The notes beneath the pieces were generated by a model. It had not been told where the DNA came from. It did no database searches and saw nothing but the letters and a program-made list of their open reading frames with translations. 64,000 bases of DNA from Glycera tridactyla (taxonomy: Eukaryota), in assembly GCA_965644265.1 (NCBI GenBank), contig OZ286461.1, positions 63,984,001 to 64,048,000 of the forward strand, given 5' to 3'. The position numbers were made by a program, and so were the translations under genes. Below, piece by piece: positions 49,653-58,861 of this stretch. The stretch's first letter is position 1; every line of letters starts with the position of its first letter.

Positions 49653-50099
49653 AAACTATCGCGGGACGGTCCCGGCGACGCGTCCCTGACAACGTAAACA
49701 CCCCGCGCTACATACAAGCAATAAACACAGTCAAAACTCGGATATTGATATGAAATTCACAGATCTTAGAGTAAGATCATTTCAACAGGATAAGGTAAAC
49801 TGTCAACATTGATACAAGCCCAAGTATGGAGCCCCGAACGACAGCACACGGCAGTCAACATCGGTGTCTCGGCATCCAAAACCGCGGTCTACGCGGACTC
49901 CCCTCCCCGATCAACACAGGCAAACGTTCGCAAAACTATCCAATTTGATACATATATCCTTCAGGATCCAAGTATGATATTCCGATATGATACACGAAAC
50001 TACTATAAAACCTGAAAGAAAATCGGATAGCCGTAGGCCTCGTAAATAACAATTTTTTTACGGAGCCCAGGTATTCTACAACTGCTCTCAACAAGCGAA

Positions 50100-50285
50100 G
50101 TTGAAAAATACACAGAGACACAGCGGTTGCCGGGTGACGTCGGGAGGCGTCATAAGGGGAGCCACCTAGTGGATCCCATCAACGGGAGGGCTGTCATCCT
50201 GAAAAGTTTTTGTAGTTATGTTCGCACATAGGCCCTTCGGCCTGGGGAATGCAGAATTTGAGGGAGAAATGGTACAGATAGATCC
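50100..50285 (-). repeat. DIRS 5' inverted terminal repeat
   Basis: Reverse complement of 42443-42630 with four substitutions, one T indel and one short non-matching block near the end (CTGTA vs ACTTAC). Confidence 0.95.
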
Positions 50286-50910
50286 TGTAATTATGGTCTG
50301 AGATATGTTCTGGCAACTCCAATCGCGGGGGGTGCGTTTTTCGCACTAGCAACACGAATTCGGATCAGATCGGGTTAAAAGTGATATACAGACATTGTTG
50401 ACATCCCCGGCGACAAAATATTTAATTTTGACAAGGTTATCTTGTTTTTTTCCCCATAGAGTGCCAAACATGTCGTGGTTTCATGGCGGATGCCGCGGCC
50501 ATAACTCTACTGTTTCTTCAACAAATAGTCACCGATAATGCCGGCAAATCCACCGTGAATATGGTGGCATATCATCTTCAAAGACATGCAGACTACACAA
50601 AACCAGGTTCGATGATCACCGGAAGACGTATCATTCCATGCGTGCTATCAAAACTCAGCTGGGCAAGAAATGGCGAATTTATAGCATGGAACATACCCGC
50701 CACAGTTGGATATGACGGAGTTTAGTTCGCATACGCCTTGATTCCATTGCACTTATACGGCGAGACCACAGACAACATCGACTACACTTCATTTTTCGAA
50801 CCATGGGGATGTAGCCTACGATCTCGTTCTATGGATGTCGTGAAATTAACGTAGGCAAGGAGATGTCAGTGGTAACGACGGAGACGCACGTTCGTCAAGG
50901 TCGTATTTGG

Positions 50911-51116
50911 ACAGTCAAACCTAACTGGATGCGCTGCCCATATAAAGCCACTTCAAATATATGAGACCCAGATCAGTCAGGGTCCTATATGGGCAGTGAC
51001 TGTTATCTGAAATCGATGCCCACATTACGACCATTCCCCAATAATAGAACCGGACTAGTCCGAGTATCATATGGGAAGTTGCTCTATGTAAGCAGCGCAT
51101 CCAGTTAGGGACGTCT
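50911..51116. mobile_element. Foldback MITE, probably Tc1/pogo-type terminus (CAGTCAAACC...)
   Basis: Perfect 18-bp inverted repeat 50920-50937 / 51092-51109 that continues inward imperfectly for about 65 bp. Left end is ACAGTCAAACCT; right end is decayed and no clean TA duplication is visible. Confidence 0.65.
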
Positions 51117-53718
51117 GCCCCTATAAGACCCTCACCCCTGTACGATAGTTGTCTTCGTGTCGTGGACGAATTCAGTGAGGTTGAACGACCAATGACGGCA
51201 TTCTAGCTCTTAATGGGCTTCACCAAAGTGAGCGGAACAAGAGCACCGAGGCACACAATGGAGAATTTGCTCCATGACCATATCCTCGCGAGATCGCGTG
51301 GAAATCAGAATGATGAGAAAGACGGAGAAAGCCTATTGTCAGGGAGCATCATGGGATTGTGACGTCACCATCTTGGTATCACTTGGAGATGGAGTACATC
51401 TCTAGTCATTATTGTCTTCATAGGCAAATCATCAGTGACAATAGCCTTCAGAACCACTTTCTCCATCAGGAAAAAGTAATCCGAGAGAAAAACAGCCGAT
51501 GTATTTTCATCTGTGTTATGAGTTGATTAATCTCCCAGGATGAAGGAATTATTCATGTTTCTATTTTTCTCTGAATCAAATGAAAATTTCAGTATATCTC
51601 GGTCGGTCACGGACACTCGCATCTGATGTACCTGTTGTGACATTGCCACATGGGCAACATGGGTGATGATATTGCTCATATCCTTATGACATCACAATCC
51701 TCAGCAACATGGTAATCTTCACAGGTTCAGGCTTTGTTTGCAGTATCTCCCAAATAGACAGACTTGTTCAATGAGATGATAGACGAATCCGAATTTTCCT
51801 CTGGTAGAGGATGAGTTCCCCGGCATTTCAATATCTCAACGAAAACAACATTTGCCGGGCGTATCAGAATTGTCTGTGTATCATATATTTTTATATCTTT
51901 GAAAGTTGCACTCCAACTACTGTATATCTAGTTATCCAAGGGTAAGAAACTAAGGTGAAGTGTCTACAGAAGGTGCTAGGAATGTGTTAACTGAGACAGA
52001 TTGATGGATTTATTCGTTATTCGATGTTTAACGGCATGTATTGACCTACAGGATTATATATGATGTTTGTTCCTGGTCGATGAAAGCTGGATGTCCTGTT
52101 TGCTGCAGGCACCACTTACACTAACTCTGAACACAAGATGATGGAGAGCCTGAGAGTGTAAGTAGCTGATAGTTCAGACACACTTCTGCCATCTCAACAT
52201 AAACAAACTGAACCTAATGATGGCATATCTAATCATGTAATTGGCTGGAAGGTGACACTCAAGGCTGATAGCAAGGCTTTCTCTTTGGATGTTAGTATTC
52301 CTCGAGATTAGACATCAGTTAAAGCACATTCAAGGGACAACTCCACAGCGTCGAATTACATTTCTGGCTGAGTGGAGAAAGATTTACACTGCGTTTGCAC
52401 TGGTGTTGATCTCTTTTCACTCAAGTACGAACGTTTCTTCTGTGGTATGGATATATTAGGTAAAATGCAACCGTTTCAACTTCAGTGCGAGATTACCAAC
52501 TCAGCGTGAGTTCATTTCCACTGTGATATATAGCGGATTGATCAATCCACTTTCTCACAGATATACACAAGTATGTTGGTGAAACTGTGTGTCACTTCGG
52601 TCTACTCCTTTATTTCTGCGCACAATATATTGAGTTATGGATTGGGAGACTCTCATTTTACTACCATGGTACATATATTCTGATACATAAAGACAATGGA
52701 ATTCTCTGCCCAACCATGAGAGATATTTCAGAATTTGAAATGAGAGACAAATACTCCCGACAGATTCAGTTAGTCAGATCTTGGAATCACGGCTTATCTT
52801 TTCAATACATCGCAATCAGATGACAGTCAAGTTAGTTCATATAGTTTATTAGGTTTTAGATTGGAGGGTACGTGGACAATATCGCCCTGCAAGGTTTTCG
52901 ATGAGAATTGCAAGCTATGGATTGCAAGGCTGAGAAGGAATGTGTCGACTGAGACAGATTCTTGAACATGCGATGGTTCTCTCATATTCCTCTTATTTCT
53001 GGTTGAGTAGTTTCTAACTATCACTCGGATGAAAAGTTTTCAAGACTTTTTGCCCCATTTCAGCTTCTTGTTCGGCGAGTGAATTGTTCACCATCTGCAC
53101 ATTTCCCAGTGGAATGGTTTGTGTGTGAACATTTTTGAAGGCCTTTGTGGGTGTTCGGATTGTTATTCGTACCAGAGTTTATCGGACTTTTTTCGGTAAT
53201 TTTCCATCCGTAACTTCGTAATCCAANNNNNNNNNNNNNNNNNNNNNNNNNNNNNNNNNNNNNNNNNNNNNNNNNNNNNNNNNNNNNNNNNNNNNNNNNN
53301 NNNNNNNNNNNNNNNNNNNNNNNNNNNNNNNNNNNNNNNNNNNNNNNNNNNNNNNNNNNNNNNNNNNNNNNNNNNNNNNNNNNNNNNNNNNNNNNNNNNN
53401 NNNNNNNNNNNNNNNNNNNNNNNNNNNNNNNNNNNNNNNNNNNNNNNNNNNNNNNNNNNNNNNNNNNNNNNNNNNNNNNNNNNNNNNNNNNNNNNNNNNN
53501 NNNNNNNNNNNNNNNNNNNNNNNNNNNNNNNNNNNNNNNNNNNNNNNNNNNNNNNNNNNNNNNNNNNNNNNNNNNNNNNNNNNNNNNNNNNNNNNNNNNN
53601 NNNNNNNNNNNNNNNNNNNNNNNNNNNNNNNNNNNNNNNNNNNNNNNNNNNNNNNNNNNNNNNNNNNNNNNNNNNNNNNNNNNNNNNNNNNNNNNNNNNN
53701 NNNNNNNNNNNNNNNNNN

Positions 53719-56436
53719 GAGTCATAGGTCAATACATACATCAGAAATGTGTTAGTTGTTAATGATACATTTGACCCCCGGCCCCTGACGGGCCTACAAG
53801 ACTTTAGTGTTAGTATATTCCATATTAAGATAAGTGTGTGGTATATATTTATGTACACCCCTGTCCACATTCAGAATTGTTCTGGGGGGAGGACCTGAAC
53901 TTGGTGTTGATATTAATGGGGTGTTGGTCCGTTATTTGTGTGTGTGTGCTCATGTTAGGCTGTTATCTGGTCTTCGTATGGCATTTGGTTTGTGTCGGCA
54001 GTGTGTTCAAGTGAGAGGATAAGTTGATAAATACATATATATGTGGATGGTTGAATAGAACGACGAGTGGATGAATAAAGATGTATATATCTGTGTATAT
54101 AGCCAGGAATAACTCAGTTGGGTGGTTTAACGTGGTAAAAGGGTGAGTATCATATCATGTATATCTGGTCAAGTGTGGAATTATGTCAGATGAATATATA
54201 TATAGGTAGATATAGTTGTAGTTAAAAATGGGTATATCGATGGGAGGCAGACAAAATAGTAATAAGTGAGCAGGTAAATAGTTTCGGTGCGAGTAAAAGT
54301 GGTGGATGGCACATATGTAGTCTGGTACTTGGAATTCATATAAATAGGCGTATATAGGGAGTAAAAAGGTGTATGGGGCTAACAGAGGTTGTATATGTAT
54401 ATAAGAATATAGTATATAATATAATATGGGCATTATCGTCTGCCTAGGCTACCTTGAGGTGGGAATAAGATGCTTCTTCTCTCCATAAGCATTTCTTCTG
54501 ATGATTTGCCGAAGATCGTGATATTAGTAGGCTGTCCGGAGAACTTTATCTTTTGGTAGTCATCCGTGTCCTCGAAATTGTCCGGGAGGGTCATATTGTC
54601 CAGAAGCTTTCGTAGTTGCGGCGCAAATTTTGAGCATTTTAGGACAAAGTGGACCTCATCTTTGACTTCACCGGAGTTGCATAAGACACATGTCCTTTCT
54701 TCCGGCCTTTTTCCTGCGTATCTCCCTGTCTCTATCTCTAGTGGCATGATTCCGCAAAGTAATTTAGCCATAATGGAGCGTTGGTTTCTTGTAAGACTGG
54801 ATCTAGCAAGTGTGAGAGGCCGGTCAAATTCTTTAATTTTAATGTATGTGCGTAACTTAGGCTTGTTCTTTGCTTCCTCAGTCCTATCAGCTCGTGCCTT
54901 GTCATATAGGCGGTTATTGATATCTCTAAGGCATATTTGTGAGTCAGGATCATAATCCAGGTCCAATTCTTGGTGTATAGCCAGAACTTCAGACAGCCAG
55001 CCTATCGATCCCTGGTCTTGGTCCCACTTGTGGACTTTCTTAGGGATTTTGTTGCTTTTCATTTGTGTCAACCTATTGTAATACCTGAGAATATCCAGCC
55101 ATCTGTGGAAAGCCATGGGTATTGCATCCATCTCTGTGTGAGTGGCTGCCAAAGGGGCGAATCTATGCAATCCTAGATAAAATCTAATGATCCTGTTGTG
55201 TAATACCTGGGGGTCTGGGTAGTCCCTGAGTCCCCACACCCCCGCCCCATAGTTGGCCACCGGGAGAACATATGTTTCAAATAAAGTATTGTATATGTCA
55301 TACCCCATATCCTTGAGGGTTTTGAACATATTGATTATTCTCCCGAACGACCTCCCAGCGGCGGCGGTGAGGGCATCCAGCGTTTTATTGTAGTTTAAAA
55401 ACTCATTCACCCAGCACCCCAGGTATTTGTAATTTTCAACAAATTCAAGTTCATTGTGCCCTAGCATAAAATTCTGTCCTATACGAGGTCGTTGTTTGTT
55501 TCTTACGTGCACCACCTGGCTTTTTTTCACATTAATTTTCATTCCCCAGGTGGTGCACCAAGAGTCTAGTATATTCAACATACATTGCATATCAGCCGCA
55601 GACCCACCTATCAGCACAATATCGTCTGCATAGAGTAAGATACTAAGCTGTTCATCTCCGACCTGGACACCATAACCTGCTTCTATTACTTCCTCTGCCA
55701 GATCATTGATGTATAGTGCGAATAAGGTAGGGGAAAGAGAGTCCCCTTGTCTCACTCCTGACTGGACGGGAAACCAGCCTGACAGCATGCCGTTCAGCCT
55801 TACACAGCTCGATGGTGACATATATGTAGCCCTGATTGCATCATAAATTCTCCCCTCAATACCATATTTCAGTAACTTATGAAACATGAGCTCGTGGTTT
55901 ACATAGTCGAAGGCCTTCTGGAAATCTATAAAGGCACAAGAGGTTTCTCCATTCCTACTCTTCCTGATTCTTAGGATGTTGTCTAAAGAATATATATGAT
56001 CCAGACAAGAGCGATCTGAACGGAAACCGTTTTGTTCATTGACTAAGATGTTATTTTTTTCCAGAAAGCCTCCGACTGTGCTCGCCACGAGCCCTGTGAA
56101 CAGTTGACTTGCTACAGAGAGAAGACTAATCCCTCTGTAGTTGAGGGGTACTCTGGGGTCGCTGTTGTAGTGACGCTGGGTTGAGACTAGTAATTGTTGC
56201 TCTTTTGCTCTGTTGTCAGAAATAATAATGTTGTTCGAATTGCTCTGCTCGTCCGGGTCCAAAGTGGGTGGTGTCAGCAGTGACCCAAAGTCCCTCTCCC
56301 AAACCTTCAGTACATCATCAATGTTGGATAAAATCGTGCCATCTGGTCCGTAGACCTCGTTGGGGATAGGTTTTTGTGGCTTACGGCCCATTTTCTTAAC
56401 ATCTTCCCAGAATTGGGTCGGGTCATCAACACAGGC
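53719..56436 (-). mobile_element. Non-LTR retrotransposon (LINE), RTE-group/RTE-X-like (clade tentative), 5'-truncated, internally deleted
   Basis: RT ORF 54433-56391, about 700-nt AT-rich 3' UTR, and a small GC hairpin (53780-53794) just before the N-gap where a microsatellite tail would be expected. The reading frame continues to ACVDDPTQFWEDVKK at about 56436. Confidence 0.85.
54433..56391 (-). CDS. LINE ORF2: reverse transcriptase plus C-terminal CCHC domain, no endonuclease
   Basis: NYRGISLLS, EQNGFR..RSC.DH, FIDFQKAFD, GVRQGDSLSPTLF, YADD, YKYLG; C-terminal IETGRY...CVLC...HF..C. Confidence 0.95.
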   Translation of the reverse strand: MGRKPQKPIPNEVYGPDGTILSNIDDVLKVWERDFGSLLTPPTLDPDEQSNSNNIIISDNRAKEQQLLVSTQRHYNSDPRVPLNYRGISLLSVASQLFTGLVASTVGGFLEKNNILVNEQNGFRSDRSCLDHIYSLDNILRIRKSRNGETSCAFIDFQKAFDYVNHELMFHKLLKYGIEGRIYDAIRATYMSPSSCVRLNGMLSGWFPVQSGVRQGDSLSPTLFALYINDLAEEVIEAGYGVQVGDEQLSILLYADDIVLIGGSAADMQCMLNILDSWCTTWGMKINVKKSQVVHVRNKQRPRIGQNFMLGHNELEFVENYKYLGCWVNEFLNYNKTLDALTAAAGRSFGRIINMFKTLKDMGYDIYNTLFETYVLPVANYGAGVWGLRDYPDPQVLHNRIIRFYLGLHRFAPLAATHTEMDAIPMAFHRWLDILRYYNRLTQMKSNKIPKKVHKWDQDQGSIGWLSEVLAIHQELDLDYDPDSQICLRDINNRLYDKARADRTEEAKNKPKLRTYIKIKEFDRPLTLARSSLTRNQRSIMAKLLCGIMPLEIETGRYAGKRPEERTCVLCNSGEVKDEVHFVLKCSKFAPQLRKLLDNMTLPDNFEDTDDYQKIKFSGQPTNITIFGKSSEEMLMERRSILFPPQGSLGRR

Positions 56437-58290
56437 TCAAAACACATTACAGAAGGAATACCTAGAAAACCAATTGGTCCTAAATGAAAATAACAAGTAC
56501 AAATTTTGGCAGGTTATACGACAGTTCTGGAAAGACGATTATAAATGTAGTACCAATATGAACAAGATAAATGACAGCACTGAGCTGCAGGAGATGGTTG
56601 AAATATCGAATGACTTTTTCTCAAATAAAGGGGCGCATCTCTCGGAAAAGATTGAATCAGTAGCAGGGGGCCCACTGAGAGAATTCCCATTCAAACCTGA
56701 TAACACATTCTCGTATAAGGAGGCTACTACTCAGATATATTGTTGATATAATCAAACCCCTACTAGTAAATAAATCAGGGCGTTAGGATGGGCTCCCAGT
56801 CAGGGTTATCATAGAGTGTAAACGTGTCATTGCGCCCATTCTTTGCTTGTATATTACATGGTTTTTTCGCTAATCATTGGAAGACAGCAACCCTTGTTCC
56901 TTTGTACAAAGAGGGGGCCCATAACGAACCTAACAACTATACACCTATTAGTTTACTTTCACCATCAAGTGGAATATTCGGGAAACTTTTGCACCATCAG
57001 ATACACGATTAGGTAGAGTGCATGAGTCTACTGTGTCGGGAGCAGTCAGGGTTCAGCAGGGGGGCGTTCTACTGGCACTTGCCTACTTGAATATCTTGAC
57101 AACCTATACTTAGGTATAGAGTGAGGGAGTGCCACTGGAATGATCTTTCTGGACCAAAAAAGGCTTTTGACATGGTGGACCATGTGCTACTAATAGCTCT
57201 ATTTTCACGGTCTGAATGACCTGTCTCTAAAGTACTGGAGTACTACTAGAGTGGTTGGTACTGTGTCACAAGCCTTGGCTCTGTCACTTCTGAACCTCTT
57301 CCTATACGGTGTGGCGTTCCTCAGGGATCTATTTCAGGCCTGTTATTGTTCAGTTTATATATTAATGACCTCCCATTTCACCTGAGGAATGCCACACAAT
57401 CCTTAAAATCATCTACCAATGACACCAGTATTGACAGTATATCAATCATTGCCCCATCTGGTTTAACTTGTCCAATTTATGAGGACAATACAGCTATAAG
57501 TGTCACCACCTCATCCCCGAAAACTATGCACACCTCCTTTAACCATATCATGAAGTTTATCACAGTATGGATGAAAAGAAATAAACTGTCACTAAATCTT
57601 GCGAAAAACAATTTCATGATTCCGGGTATTCCAAGTAAGCTAGCACTTTTTGGGCGTATTTAAGTACAAGCAGATAATCAAATTTTGCCCTCAGTCGAGA
57701 AAATGAAGTATCTAGGCATTGTTTTAGACCCATGTCTAACATTTAAACAACATGTAACATATGTCAAGGCCAAGACCTTGAGCAAAGCAGGAAGACTTGG
57801 GAGATTATGTAGTATTTTAAGCAGGTCGGTGGCACTTATGCTGTATCAATGCTTGTTCTGCCCATCTTCGATTATAGAGATATTGTTTTTAATTGTCTCT
57901 CGCAGAGAGATAATTTCACGTTACAAAAGGTGCAAAACGTTGCTATGCACTCTATCGCTATGAAATTGAGAAGGACATCTTCATCAGGGGCTAGGTTAAC
58001 AACCGCTTGCTGATAGGCATGCAGAGCATGAGCTTATGCATGTAAACGACGTTATCCATGGGCACTTCAAGTCCAATATGTGGATTCAGTGTGAAGCTGC
58101 GTGATCATTCCACCAGATCCAAGGACAAACCATTATCAAGAGTTGATCGTGTAAAGTATGCAATTTGTAAGAAGAATTTCAGGCATCTGGCATCTGTAAG
58201 ATGGAATAGTTTTGCATACGACCACCCAGATCTAGAGGTTATGAAGCAAGGTGCCTTCAAGAGATACACTAAATCTTTCTGAAAGTACTG
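56432..58290 (+). mobile_element. Decayed CR1/L2-group LINE fragment (RT and C-terminal region)
   Basis: Frameshifted remnants: KFWQVIR, WKTATLVPLYKEG...NYTPISLLS, QSGF..GRST, KKAFDMVDH, GVPQGSISGLLLFSLYINDLP, YEDNT (degenerate YADDT), KYLGIVLDPCLTFKQHV. Many stops. Confidence 0.88.
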
Positions 58291-58717
58291 ATCATGTATC
58301 ATTTGCTATCTAGAATAGGTCAGCATATATCTGGTTGTGTCCTGGGCCGGGTTGTTGTTTTCTCGTTCTCTGACTTGATTCTCTTGCCTTTTTATATCTC
58401 TTTCAAATACCTCTGTCTTTGTGGTATCATTGGTATCATTGTAAAATAATCTAGCTTGTGCCATGACTATAATGAAAGACGGAATGTTCTATCTCACATC
58501 ACATATTCATACTCACATGTGGATAACGTTCTTTATATCCATATACCATCTTATCGTAAGTAGTGTATGTCATAGACGCGGCCAGACATGGTTTGCAGGT
58601 CGGATCCAAAACGGCACGGGATCTCACCTCAGCCACTGCTGAGCATATCAGGTCAGGAATGTCGCACTGAGAACGGCGATGATTTTTAGCTAGAGGGCAA
58701 TTTTCGGGGGCGGCTCC

Positions 58718-58861
58718 ACTGTCCAACCTATTGGAGAAACCAACACTGTATAGAGACCACCTGTCTATTAGAACCACCCTGTGGTGTGCCACTATAGCAT
58801 GTCTACAGAGACCACTTATTGCTGAGACCAACAATTGACTTTGTAGACAGGTTTGATTAGA
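58718..58861. mobile_element. Decayed Tc1/pogo-type MITE remnant
   Basis: ACTGTCCAACCT... and ...AGACAGGTTTGATT ends with internal AGAGACCAC subrepeats; resemblance is from memory of common invertebrate MITEs. Confidence 0.4.

Larger units (their letters stand above)
42415..50285 (-). mobile_element. DIRS1-like tyrosine-recombinase retrotransposon, full length (about 7.87 kb)
   Basis: Order gag-like, RT/RH/MT, YR on the - strand; ITRs 42443-42630 and 50100-50285; ICR 42678-42771 complementary to both termini; no LTRs and no integrase. Confidence 0.97.
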
